Source: Lentzea waywayandensis
GTDB taxonomy: Bacteria > Actinomycetota > Actinomycetes > Mycobacteriales > Pseudonocardiaceae
NCBI RefSeq assembly: GCF_900115955.1
Contig: NZ_FOYL01000019.1
Location: forward strand, 1-64,000
DNA: 64,000 nt
Direction: 5' to 3'
The notes under the pieces were generated by a model. That model worked only from the letters and a program-made list of their open reading frames with translations, ran no database searches and was not told the DNA's origin. A program made the position numbers and the translations under genes. Positions 27,627-36,789 of the stretch are shown here, piece after piece (the first letter of the stretch is position 1; each line of letters starts with the position of its first letter).

Positions 27627-29063
27627 ATGCTCCCACCAGGTGGACGTATATCCGGTGCTCGACTGGCCCGACTGCTCGGTGAGTGGCGTCGTGGCGGGGC
27701 CCGGCAGTGTGTCGTCGATCTCGTCGCGGCGATGAAACTGCTGGTCGCGGACGGCCGGCTGCCGGTGGGGACCCGGCTGCCGTCCGAGCGCGAGCTCACC
27801 GAGGCGCTGCCCGTGAGCCGCACCACCATCACCGCCGCGCTGGACCAGCTGCGGGCCGAGGGGGTGGTGGAGTCGCGGCGCGGGGCAGGGTCGTGGATCA
27901 ACGGGCCCGTCGGTGCCGGGGGTGGCATCACGGGGGGCGACGACACGTTGATCGACCTGTCCCGCGCCGCGCCTCGCGCCTTGCCGTCCGTGCGGATCGC
28001 GATGGACGTCGCGCTGGGCCAGATGCCGGAGCACCTCGCGTCGCACGGGTACGACGAACGGGGGCTTCCGGTGCTGCGGCAACGGATCGCGGACCGGTAC
28101 ACGGCTCGCGGGCTGCCGACGTCGCCCGACCAGATCGTGGTGACGTCCGGGGCGCAGCACGCGTGGGCGTTGGTGCTGCGGCTCTTCGTCGGGCCCGGCG
28201 ACCGGGTGCTGGTCGAGCAGCCGAGCTATCCCAACGCGCTGGAGGCGGTGCGGGCGTCGTTCGGCATCCCGGTGCCCGTGCCGATGCTGAGTGATGGCTG
28301 GGATCTGGACGGGTTCGAGGCCGCGTTGCGTCAGGCGGGCCCCCGTTTGGCCTATCTGATCCCGGACTTCCAGAACCCGACCGGGCTGCGGATGTCGTCC
28401 GAGGCGCGGGAAACGCTGTCCGCGGTGCTGCGCAAGGCGCGCACTCCGTTGGTGGTCGACGAGACCTTGGTGGAGCTCGCGCTGGACTCGGCGGAGCCGC
28501 CGTTGCCGATGGCCGCGTTCGGCGGGGATTCGGTGGTGACACTGGGATCCGCGAGCAAGTCGCACTGGGGTGGACTGCGGATCGGGTGGATCAGGGCCTC
28601 CGCGGACATCGTGCACCGGCTGGTGTCGACGCGGGCGGCGATCGACCTGGGCACGCCGGTGTTCGAGCAGCTCGTGCTGGCCGCGTTGCTGGAGTCGCCG
28701 GAAACCGTGCTGGGGCAACGACGTGCGGAAGCCCTCGCGCAACGGGACGTGGCGGTCGCGGCGTTGCGGGAACATTGTCCACAGTGGAGTTTCGACGTGC
28801 CGGCCGGTGGGCTCGGGGTGTGGTGCACGCTCGACGGCCCGGTGAGCACGCGCATCGCGGTGGTGGCGCAGAACCACGGCCTGCGACTTGTCCCCGGCCC
28901 CCGGTTCGCGGTGCACGGCGGATGTGAGCAGATGCTCCGAGTGCCGTACACGCAGTCGCCCGAAGTGCTGCGCGAAGCGATCGGCCGTTTGGGTGTGGTG
29001 GCTGCATCCGTTGTGAGTACAGGGTTTCCTGCGGATGCCGACCTGTCGGTACCGGTCGCGTGA
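27627..29063 (+). CDS. MocR/GntR-family transcriptional regulator with PLP-dependent aminotransferase-like domain
   Basis: N-terminal GntR wHTH (LPSERELTEALPVSRTTITAALDQLRAEGVVESRRGAGSWI) plus a ~350-aa fold-type-I aminotransferase-like domain (SASKSHWGGLRIGW). Confidence 0.85.
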   Translation: MLPPGGRISGARLARLLGEWRRGGARQCVVDLVAAMKLLVADGRLPVGTRLPSERELTEALPVSRTTITAALDQLRAEGVVESRRGAGSWINGPVGAGGGITGGDDTLIDLSRAAPRALPSVRIAMDVALGQMPEHLASHGYDERGLPVLRQRIADRYTARGLPTSPDQIVVTSGAQHAWALVLRLFVGPGDRVLVEQPSYPNALEAVRASFGIPVPVPMLSDGWDLDGFEAALRQAGPRLAYLIPDFQNPTGLRMSSEARETLSAVLRKARTPLVVDETLVELALDSAEPPLPMAAFGGDSVVTLGSASKSHWGGLRIGWIRASADIVHRLVSTRAAIDLGTPVFEQLVLAALLESPETVLGQRRAEALAQRDVAVAALREHCPQWSFDVPAGGLGVWCTLDGPVSTRIAVVAQNHGLRLVPGPRFAVHGGCEQMLRVPYTQSPEVLREAIGRLGVVAASVVSTGFPADADLSVPVA

Positions 29064-29070
29064 GACACGT

Positions 29071-29105
29071 CGGCCCGGTCTCCCGCAGCGGGGGAGACCG
29101 GGCCG
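29071..29105. terminator. stem-loop terminator after MocR gene (first of three hairpins in 29063-29300)
   Basis: CGGCCCGGTCTCCC-GCAGC-GGGGGAGACCGGGCCG. Confidence 0.65.
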
Positions 29106-29360
29106 ACGAACTTGCCAACGAGAGGCCTGCGGCGGGGAACGTCCCAGGGATTGACGTTCCCCGTCCGCAGGTTTCCCGTGCGGTCCGAGACTGCGGGGGC
29201 AGCGCGGCACTCGGACCAGACCCGACCTGCCAGGGCGCGGTTGGCAGGTCAGGAAGACTGGGGGTTCCTTGCGTACAACGGGAAATAAGAGGAGGAGTTA
29301 CTGGCGCGACGGAACGAGACGGTCACAAATCGCGCAGAGGGCAGACTGGTCCTGTCGGAC

Positions 29361-30152
29361 TCAGTCGGGTGACGTGCTGGGCAGGCCCGGAATACTGCCG
29401 GGCTCAGTGCCGTCGCGACGCTCCTCGACCGACCACGTGGCGGGCGGGAAGAGCGAGTTGTGCGACGTCAGAACGGCGAGCACGCCACGCGTGCCGCCGG
29501 AGTTGTCGGTGTGGCCGGACGACGCGGAGGCCGTGGCGACCACAGGTGCCTGCTGGGGAGCGGGCAGCGGAGCGTCCGGTCCGGGAGTCGACCAGGTGAG
29601 GTCGCTCACCGGAGTGGGCTCGGTCTTCACAGGAGCGGACACCGGAAGGTCGGGCAGAAGAGGCACGGACTGCTTGACCGCCGCGACAGGTGCCGCGGGC
29701 GGAGGAGGTGGCGGCGGGAGTTCGGCCACGAGCTTCGCGGCGATCTTGGCGGCGCGGACCTGAGCCTTCGCCGCGAGGACCTCGGGCGGCGCCTCGTTCG
29801 AGACGGAGCCGGAGCGGCTGTTGCCCTGCGAGCCGCCGGTGAAGTCGAGGACCGGACCCTCGTCCTCTTCCTCCTGGGGCTCTTCTTCCGCGGGCCTCGT
29901 CGCGACGGGCGGCGGCACGATCCTGGCCGGCTGGTGCTTCTCGATCACCGACGCGGTGAAGGCCTCGGCCCAGCCGGCGGGATCCTCGGTCAGCTTCGGG
30001 GCCTCGGCGGCGGTGTCGGTGGTGATCTCGACGGCCGGGGGTTCCTCGGGGCTGGCGGACGCGGTCGTCCCGCTCAGCAACCAGGCGGCGGCGGTCAGCC
30101 CGCCGAGCGCAGCGGTCCGCAGCAGCAGTGCACCAGCTCCACCACTCGCCAC
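29361..30152 (-). CDS. secreted Pro/Ala-rich hypothetical protein
   Basis: N-terminal signal-like region, low-complexity P/A/E-rich sequence. Confidence 0.45.
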   Translation of the reverse strand: MASGGAGALLLRTAALGGLTAAAWLLSGTTASASPEEPPAVEITTDTAAEAPKLTEDPAGWAEAFTASVIEKHQPARIVPPPVATRPAEEEPQEEEDEGPVLDFTGGSQGNSRSGSVSNEAPPEVLAAKAQVRAAKIAAKLVAELPPPPPPPAAPVAAVKQSVPLLPDLPVSAPVKTEPTPVSDLTWSTPGPDAPLPAPQQAPVVATASASSGHTDNSGGTRGVLAVLTSHNSLFPPATWSVEERRDGTEPGSIPGLPSTSPD

Positions 30153-30332
30153 AGGATCACCACCCGTCCACCATTTCAGGTCACCCTCAACGCACAGCGC
30201 GCCGTCGGAGGTCGACGTAGAGCTATGTCTAGCACCGGTGAGTGACTTTGCGAACCAACTCGGCGCGAAACACCCGGAAGGGCGGTCTCGTGCGGCTGTC
30301 CGTGTTGCCCTGATCAGGCATGAACACCGTCA

Positions 30333-31247
30333 GTGTCGTCATCGGATCGAGTGACTTTGCGCCTCGGTCCCCTGTGGACCGTGTCGCGGCGGGGGATGGT
30401 GTCCGATGTGGACGCGCCAAAGCAGGTCAGCAGCCTCTCTGAGCTGGTCGATCACGCCTCCAGTGCGCTCGGCCCGGTGGTCGTGCACGATCCGGCGGGG
30501 CCAAACGAGTGCTTGCTCCGTTCGGGGGAACTGATCGTCCCGCCGGCGGACGCACCCACTGTGCGCAAGCGCTTGCGGGGCGTCTACTCCCACGAGGAGA
30601 TCGCCTCGGGTGTCATCCGCATGCACCTGAAAGCGTCCGAACGAGCGCGCGTCGTCGCCATCGCGCTTGAAGTGGGTGCAACCCCGAACCACGTCCACCT
30701 GGCCTGCCCGATCATGATCGGCACCTCCCGCCCGGTGGTGGGCGAGCGCCTCCCTGACCTGCTGGGCGAGGGCACGGTCGCGTTGCTCGACACCCCGCTC
30801 GACGCCCGGCACGGCGCGTTGGTCGCCGGTGTTCTCCGCCACCACGGCGCCTTGGTGCGCCCGTTCCCCGTCCTGGGTGCCTCGGGCTTCGGCGACGACC
30901 TGACCCTGGCCGCGGCGTTGAAGGCCACTCGCGACCTGCCGGTGGTCCTGGTCGCGTCCGGCACCTACACGTTCAACGACGAGTGCCCGCCCGTGCTGTC
31001 GGGCTGCGGCCGCAACGTCGTGGCCGCGGCGGGCAACGGTGGGTCCGCGCGTCCCTGGTGGCCCGCCGCCCTGCCCGAAGTCACAGCGGTGGGTGCAGCG
31101 GAAGCCTTCTCGGGGCACGGGCCGTGGGTGGACGTGGTCGTGTCCGGGGCCGACGTGCCCGCCACGGTCGGCTCCTCGCAGCTGCTGTGCACCGGCACCT
31201 CGTTCGCGGCCGCTCTTCACGCCGCGACCCTGGTCCCGGTGCCGTAG
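30333..31247 (+). CDS. subtilisin-like (S8) serine peptidase homolog, cytoplasmic (no signal peptide)
   Basis: Catalytic-triad contexts present (VALLDTPLD, RHGALVAG, GTSFAAALHAA) and oxyanion Asn (VVAAAGNGG). 3' end overlaps the CHAT gene convergently by 31 bp. Confidence 0.6.
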   Translation: MSSSDRVTLRLGPLWTVSRRGMVSDVDAPKQVSSLSELVDHASSALGPVVVHDPAGPNECLLRSGELIVPPADAPTVRKRLRGVYSHEEIASGVIRMHLKASERARVVAIALEVGATPNHVHLACPIMIGTSRPVVGERLPDLLGEGTVALLDTPLDARHGALVAGVLRHHGALVRPFPVLGASGFGDDLTLAAALKATRDLPVVLVASGTYTFNDECPPVLSGCGRNVVAAAGNGGSARPWWPAALPEVTAVGAAEAFSGHGPWVDVVVSGADVPATVGSSQLLCTGTSFAAALHAATLVPVP

Positions 31248-33262
31248 CAGCTGAACCCGAGGTGCGCGACGGCTCGCGCTGCCTCCGCCGGGTGGCCGAT
31301 CAGGCGGTGAACCTCGGCCATGGCCTCGCTGACCTGCGCGTCCGGCACGGGGAGGGTGGTCGCGACGACCGCTCTGGTGCCGGCGTCGAGGAACGCGCGG
31401 GCCAGGCCTGACTCGCAGGCGGACAGGACGACGATCTCGGGCGGGTTCTCGATCCTGGCGATGTCGTAGCCGTAGAGCGGGCCGTCCCCGAGTTCGAGGT
31501 AGGAGAACAGCGGGTTGTCCGGGTTGACGTGCCCGTGCGCCGCGATGTGCGCGATCCCGGCACCTTCGAGCGCGTGCAGAGTTGACTCCACAGTGGACCT
31601 GCTGATCGTTCCGCCGTGCTCTTCCTGGAGAGCGGGGACCTCGTTGCCGGCCAGGTGCGGCCCGGTGACCCACGTTCGGTGGCCGCCGCGGCTGGCCGGT
31701 CGCCACTGCCGCAGCGACGGGATGACGTGGACTCGGCGGCCGAGTGCAGCCCACGGCATCTCGTGGAGCACGCCGTCCGGGATCACGATGACCTCCTCTG
31801 CTTCCGGCAGGAGATCCGTGGTGACGGCGCGTCCGGCCCGCAGGGCGAGCCGGGCGGTGCGGACGAGTTCGGCGGGGTCGGGAACCACGCTCAGGTGAGC
31901 ACGCCCGTTGATCAGCGTGACCGCTCTCGTCTGTCCTTCGTGGACGATGAAGCTGATCAACGGCAGGTTTGCCGGGGCCGTCGCGCTCGGCTTCGCGCGT
32001 GACCTGGAAGCCAGGGTCAGCCTCCGGACGTCCCGCTCCAGCGCCTCCAACGGCAGCCCGAACGCCCTCGCCCGCCGCAGGTTCGTGAGTGCCCGTGCGA
32101 GCTCAGGCTCGTTGGTAGGCAAGGAAACCGAAGCGCGATGCTGCTCTGACCAGTGCAACACCTCGCGAGCGGTCCTGGCCAGTCCGAGCGCGTGCCCGGT
32201 CAGCTCACGGCGAGGCCAATCGCCGTGGTGCTCATCGAGCAACTTGAGCCCCGCACGACACGCAGCCAACGCACCTCGCCTGTTCGAGCGTCGTGCCTGC
32301 GCGAGCCACCCGAGCGCCCGCGTCTGCACGGGCCCGCGAAACCGATGCGCCGCAACGGCATCAAGCTTCCCCGCAGCCAGCATGAACTCGACATCCGCAC
32401 CACCTTGCCGAAGCGCGGGACCCGGATCTCCGTCGCGCAACGCACACCGCGCGTTCAGCACCGCCAGCTCGGGAACGTGCCGATCGCACCGGCGCAACAA
32501 CTCCATCGCAGGTGCCAGCACCCGCCGCGCCTCCGCCGTGAGCCCGGCCGCGAGCAACGCCTCGGCCCTGTCGACGAGCGCCTCGGGCCGGCTGGCCGAG
32601 TCGAGACCGGCCTTCGCCGCCTCCTCGTACCTGCGCAGCGCGAGCGGCAGATCGCCGGCGAGCATCGCCACGAATCCCCTGTTGTGCAAACACATCGCCG
32701 CCCTCCCCGGCTCGCCCATCGCCAGCAACGACGTCTGCGCGGCACTGAAATCGGCCTCGGCCGACACCAGCTTGGACGCGTTGCACCGGGCGATCCCACG
32801 CCCGACCAGCGCGTTGGCCAGCCACCGCTCGTCGCCGTGTCTGCGCAACTCCCTGATGACCGCGGTGAGCTCGGCGATCGCCAGCCGCGGCTCGGCCACC
32901 TGACAGAGGTGCAGCCCGCGCAGGCACCTCGCCCTCGCCAACTCCCGGCCGCGCAGATGGGGCGTGGCGAGGTCGAGGTGCTGAAGGCTCTGCCTGCGCC
33001 GTCCCCGATCCAGGTCGATCCACGCCAGCGTGAGGTGGAACCGCGCCTCGCCGGTCAGCCTCAGTCCGCGCCGGGCGAACCGCGCGGCGACGTCGAGGTG
33101 GCCGAGCTCGACGTGGGCGACGCTCAGGTCGTGCAGGGCATCGGCGCGCTGTGTCTTCGTGCCGCGGACCTCGGTCGTCGCGATGGTGGCCTGCGGGTCG
33201 GCGCTGGCGCTCACGCGACGAACCAGCCCGTGGTGAGGCCCAGTTCGGGCACGGTCACGCAC
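31217..33262 (-). CDS. TPR-repeat + CHAT (caspase-like) domain protein
   Basis: N-terminal/central TPR-like helical repeats. C-terminal CHAT domain with His (IAHIAAHGHVNPDNPLFSYLEL) and Cys (IVVLSACESGL) dyad contexts. Precise start uncertain. Confidence 0.8.
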   Translation of the reverse strand: MRDRARTGPHHGLVRRVSASADPQATIATTEVRGTKTQRADALHDLSVAHVELGHLDVAARFARRGLRLTGEARFHLTLAWIDLDRGRRRQSLQHLDLATPHLRGRELARARCLRGLHLCQVAEPRLAIAELTAVIRELRRHGDERWLANALVGRGIARCNASKLVSAEADFSAAQTSLLAMGEPGRAAMCLHNRGFVAMLAGDLPLALRRYEEAAKAGLDSASRPEALVDRAEALLAAGLTAEARRVLAPAMELLRRCDRHVPELAVLNARCALRDGDPGPALRQGGADVEFMLAAGKLDAVAAHRFRGPVQTRALGWLAQARRSNRRGALAACRAGLKLLDEHHGDWPRRELTGHALGLARTAREVLHWSEQHRASVSLPTNEPELARALTNLRRARAFGLPLEALERDVRRLTLASRSRAKPSATAPANLPLISFIVHEGQTRAVTLINGRAHLSVVPDPAELVRTARLALRAGRAVTTDLLPEAEEVIVIPDGVLHEMPWAALGRRVHVIPSLRQWRPASRGGHRTWVTGPHLAGNEVPALQEEHGGTISRSTVESTLHALEGAGIAHIAAHGHVNPDNPLFSYLELGDGPLYGYDIARIENPPEIVVLSACESGLARAFLDAGTRAVVATTLPVPDAQVSEAMAEVHRLIGHPAEAARAVAHLGFSCYGTGTRVAA

Positions 33263-33580
33263 AGCGGTCCAGGGGTGATGTGGGCGCGGAACCAGCCTTC
33301 GGCGTCCGGGCGGAGGGCTTGGACGGACTGCGGCGAGCGGACCTCGACGGAGACGTCCTCGTGGTCCAGGACGCCGGTCAGGTGCAGGCCTGCCGGGTCG
33401 GAGTCCAGTTGGAGGTGCAGGCGGCCGGAGCCGGCCTCGAACACCAGCAGGTGTGAGGGGCCGCGGACAGGTTCCTCGACGGCCTGCATGGGTTCGAGGC
33501 CGGTCGGGTGCGGGGTGAGGGCGGCCGGTGGGGGGTCCGAGTGGAAGAGGCCGGCGATCTCGTCGAGCAGTGAGTCCCTC
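33211..33580 (-). CDS. small hypothetical protein (123 aa) between ECF sigma and TPR-CHAT genes; candidate anti-sigma/substrate
   Basis: Strong SD GGGAGG 6 nt upstream of the ATG at 33578-33580. An 18-codon mini-ORF with GGAGGA SD ends by ATGA overlap at this start. No TM or zinc-anti-sigma motif. Confidence 0.45.
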
Positions 33581-33631
33581 ATCGCGAACCTCCCGAGGTG
33601 AGCGGGCTGTGGATACCGAGGAGGTCGTTCG

Positions 33632-34162
33632 TCATCGCAGGTCCTCCAGCTTCCGCCGCAGCTCAGCGAGGCAACGGCTGCGCGTGGAGCCAACGCTCCC
33701 CACCTTCATCCCCAGGGCGTCGGCAACCTGTGCATAACTCAGTTCGGGGCTGTGGGCAGCGATCCGCAGGAGCCGCTGGCACCGTTCGTTCAAGGTCGTC
33801 AGCGCGGACCACAGCCGGCGCTGCCGATCGTTGGTGATCGCGACCTCGTCGGGTGCGGGAAGGGCCGACATCGGCTCCCACAGGTCGTAGGACACCTCGC
33901 GGCCGCGAGTGCGCAGGACCGTGATCGACTGGCGGGTGGCGGTACGGACCAGCCACGTGCCGACGCGTTCCGGTTCTCGCAGGCGGGTGAGGTGTTCGGC
34001 CAGGCAGAGCCAGGTGCACTGGTAGACGTCGGCGGCGTCGGCGTAGCTCAGGCGGAACGATCTGGGCACCGACCAGACCAGGCGTGAGTAGCGGTCGACG
34101 AGGGCGTCCCAGCCGCAGAGGCCGGAACGCCAAGCCACGAGAACCTCAGTGTTCGAGTCCAT
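33632..34162 (-). CDS. ECF-type RNA polymerase sigma-70 factor
   Basis: Region 2 (DALVDRYSRLVWSVPRSF..DAADVYQCTWLCL) and region 4 HTH (LSYAQVADALGMKVGSVGSTRSRCLAELRRKL). Confidence 0.9.
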   Translation of the reverse strand: MDSNTEVLVAWRSGLCGWDALVDRYSRLVWSVPRSFRLSYADAADVYQCTWLCLAEHLTRLREPERVGTWLVRTATRQSITVLRTRGREVSYDLWEPMSALPAPDEVAITNDRQRRLWSALTTLNERCQRLLRIAAHSPELSYAQVADALGMKVGSVGSTRSRCLAELRRKLEDLR

Positions 34163-34215
34163 GCCATTTGGAGTCGAACCCCGGGCCTAAGGCTCCCGGG
34201 CTCACCCGAAAGTGG

Positions 34216-34259
34216 GTTGTCCACAGTTGTGGAGAAACTCATCCACAGCTGTGGACAAC
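34216..34259. promoter_or_regulatory. perfect 11-bp inverted repeat GTTGTCCACAG...CTGTGGACAAC (22-bp spacer) containing the palindrome CCACAGCTGTGG, upstream of the ECF sigma gene
   Basis: Seen directly at 34216-34226 and 34249-34259, in the promoter region of the sigma operon. Confidence 0.45.
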
Positions 34260-35422
34260 TACAGCTTGTGGAGGCGTTCCACGGCTTCGTCGATCACGGC
34301 GTCCTGCTTGCAGAACGCGAAACGGATCAGGTGCTGCCAGTCCGCCGGCCGGTCCGTGAACACCTGGACGGGCACGGCCGCGACGCCGATTCGGGCGGGC
34401 AGTTCGCGGCACAGGGCCAGGCCGTCCGTGTGGCCCAGAGGGCGCACGTCGGCGCAGATGAAGTACGTGCCTTCAGACGAACGCACCTCGAAACCGGCCG
34501 CACGCAGTCCCTCGGCCAGACGCGCGCGCTTTGACGAGAGGGAGTCGCGCAACCCGGTGACCCAGTCCAGTTCGGCGGTCAGTGCGTGCGCGACGGCGGG
34601 CTGGAACGGCGCGCCGCCCACGAACGTCATGAACTGCTTGGCCGCGCGGACCGCGGACACCAGCTCGGCGGGCCCGCAGACCCAGCCGATCTTCCAGCCG
34701 GTGCAGTTGAACGTCTTGCCGGCGCCGGAGATCGACAGCGTCCGCGGCGCCATTCCCGGCAGCGAGGCCAGCGGGATGTGGACAAGTCCGTCGAACACGA
34801 GGTGCTCGTAGACCTCGTCGGTGATCGCCAGCAGGTCGTGCTCGACGCACAAAGAGGCGATTGCTTGGAGCTCCTCCAAGCGGAACACGGTGCCGGTCGG
34901 GTTGTGCGGCGAGTTGACCAGGATGGCCCGCGTCCTAGGCGTCACGGCGGCGCGCAGAGCGTCCACGTCCAACGCCAGGCGACCCGACTCGTCCTCGCGC
35001 AGGCCCACGGCCACCCGCGTCGCGCCGGCCATGGCCACGGAGGCGGCGTACGAGTCGTAGTACGGCTCGATCAGGATCACTTCGTCGCCGGCCTCGACCA
35101 ACGCCAGCAGCGACGCCGCGATCGCCTCGGTCGCGCCGACGGTCACCAGGACCTCGGTGTCCGGGTCGTAGGAGAGCCCGTACCGCGAGCGGTGGGCGGC
35201 GACGGCGCGGCGCAGCACCGGCATGCCGGGACCGGGCGGGTACTGGTTCACACCCGACGCGATCGCCGACTGGGCCGCCGCGAGCATCGACGCGGGGCCA
35301 TCGGTGTCGGGGAAGCCCTGACCGAGGTTGACGGCGTCGTGCTGCACGGCCAGCGCCGTCATCTCCGCGAAGATGGTCGACGTGAACGGCTGCAAACGAG
35401 GAACTAGCGCTGGTACCCGCAC
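34259..35422 (-). CDS. PLP-dependent class I/II aminotransferase (DapC/aromatic aminotransferase-like)
   Basis: NLGQGFPD, SPHNPTG and SGAGKTFNCTGWKIGW (Lys) motifs. Confidence 0.85.
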   Translation of the reverse strand: MRVPALVPRLQPFTSTIFAEMTALAVQHDAVNLGQGFPDTDGPASMLAAAQSAIASGVNQYPPGPGMPVLRRAVAAHRSRYGLSYDPDTEVLVTVGATEAIAASLLALVEAGDEVILIEPYYDSYAASVAMAGATRVAVGLREDESGRLALDVDALRAAVTPRTRAILVNSPHNPTGTVFRLEELQAIASLCVEHDLLAITDEVYEHLVFDGLVHIPLASLPGMAPRTLSISGAGKTFNCTGWKIGWVCGPAELVSAVRAAKQFMTFVGGAPFQPAVAHALTAELDWVTGLRDSLSSKRARLAEGLRAAGFEVRSSEGTYFICADVRPLGHTDGLALCRELPARIGVAAVPVQVFTDRPADWQHLIRFAFCKQDAVIDEAVERLHKL

Positions 35423-35543
35423 AACGCAGGATCTTCACCTGAATCGAGTGCTGAGGGAAGCCCAGCTCCTCTGGGTGTGAGAAATCCGCGTTGTCGCAGC
35501 ACCCAGAGATGATCCCGTCGAACGTATGTTCTAGATTTGTTGG

Positions 35544-36686
35544 ATGAAGGTCGTCGTGCAGGTTCGCTTGCTGCCTTGTGCCGCGCAGGCGGCAGCGCTG
35601 GTTGCGACTCTGCATGCGTGCAACGCTGCCGCAGACAATGCATCGAAGATGGCGTTCGAGCGCGGCGTGAGTTCTCGCAATGACCTGCAGAAGCTGGTCT
35701 ACGGGGACATGCGCGCAGCTGGGCTCGGAGCTCAAGCCGCGGTGCGGACGGTGAAGAAAGTAGTTGACGCCTACGCCAGCGTGCATGCGCGAATCCGAAT
35801 CGGCAGCCTGGCCGGTCCAGGTAAGGCCAAGGCTGAAAGCAAGGCGATCAGGTTTCGGGAGGATGCGGCGCAGCCATTCGACGACCGCATGCTTTCGTGG
35901 CGGTATGACGACCAGACGGTGTCGATCTGGACTGTCGCGGGTCGCTTGAAGGGTGTTCGGTTCGCTGGGCATCCTGCGCAGCTCGCGATGCTCGTCGCGC
36001 ACCGGCAAGGTGAGTCTGACCTGGTGTTTCGCGGCGGCAAATGGCTGCTGATCGCCACCTGTGAAGTGCCCGAACCCGAGGTTGTGCCGCCAACCGATTG
36101 GATCGGCGTGGACCGCGGAATCATCAACTTGGCCACCACGTCGGACGGCGAGAATTTTCAGGGCCGCCGATTGCGGCGTTACCGGCGATGGCACGCGCGA
36201 AAGCGCGCCGAGCTGCAGGCCAGGCGCACCAGATCGGCGACCCGTCGCCTGCGTCGGCGGGTTCGGCGGGAGCATCGCCATGTGACTCAGGTGAACCATG
36301 AGATCGCCAAGAAGTTGGTGGCTGTCGCGCAACGCACCGGTCGCGGTATCGCTCTGGAGGATCTGAGCGGAATTCGCGACCGGGTACGGCCTCGCCGCGA
36401 TCAGCGAGCCACCCACTCTTCCTGGCCTTTCCGGCAGCTCGGTGCGTTCATCGAATACAAGGCGAAGCGCGCGGGTGTCCAGGTGATCACTGTAGATGCC
36501 CGCCACACCTCGCAGATGTGTCCGCGTTGCGGTCACACGGCCCGCAACAACAGGCTCAATCGAGACTGTTTCCGCTGTCGTCAGTGCGGCCTCGCTGGGC
36601 CGTCTGATCACGTCGCCGGGATCAACGTGCGCGACCGCGCACGCTCGGTGTGGGTACTTGTCAACGTGCCCGAACCTGCCGCTTGA
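35544..36686 (+). CDS. tnpB: TnpB-like RNA-guided endonuclease (IS200/IS605-family OrfB, IS1341-type, no tnpA adjacent)
   Basis: RuvC-like segments plus C-terminal zinc finger CPRCGHTARNNRLNRDCFRCRQCG. HTH-like OrfB_IS605 N-domain. Confidence 0.85.
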   Translation: MKVVVQVRLLPCAAQAAALVATLHACNAAADNASKMAFERGVSSRNDLQKLVYGDMRAAGLGAQAAVRTVKKVVDAYASVHARIRIGSLAGPGKAKAESKAIRFREDAAQPFDDRMLSWRYDDQTVSIWTVAGRLKGVRFAGHPAQLAMLVAHRQGESDLVFRGGKWLLIATCEVPEPEVVPPTDWIGVDRGIINLATTSDGENFQGRRLRRYRRWHARKRAELQARRTRSATRRLRRRVRREHRHVTQVNHEIAKKLVAVAQRTGRGIALEDLSGIRDRVRPRRDQRATHSSWPFRQLGAFIEYKAKRAGVQVITVDARHTSQMCPRCGHTARNNRLNRDCFRCRQCGLAGPSDHVAGINVRDRARSVWVLVNVPEPAA

Positions 36687-36707
36687 GCGCGTGCGGTTGA
36701 TGCGGCT

Positions 36708-36732
36708 TCGTCCATGGCAGCCAGTGATGGAC
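36708..36732 (+). ncRNA. stem-loop immediately 3' of tnpB (candidate right-end / omega-RNA scaffold element)
   Basis: CGTCCAT-N11-ATGGACG hairpin 22 bp after the tnpB stop. TnpB guide RNAs derive from the element's 3' end (established); the assignment here is inference. Confidence 0.3.
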
Positions 36733-36789
36733 GGAGACGCGATCCGATCGGGGAGCTGAAACCGCAAGCTCAGCCCCTAGATCCGGAAG

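Noticed and set aside
26832-29210. 792-aa minus-strand ORF and many other >300-aa antisense ORFs (e.g. 4734-6218, 6013-8211, 9571-11556, 10779-12641, 13062-14372, 36661-38427, 39744-41600, 40364-42091, 42805-44064, 43796-45058, 48818-50428, 53035-54501)
   Set aside because: These are typical high-GC shadow ORFs with Arg/Pro/Gly-rich low-complexity translations. They lie antisense to or out of frame with well-supported genes.
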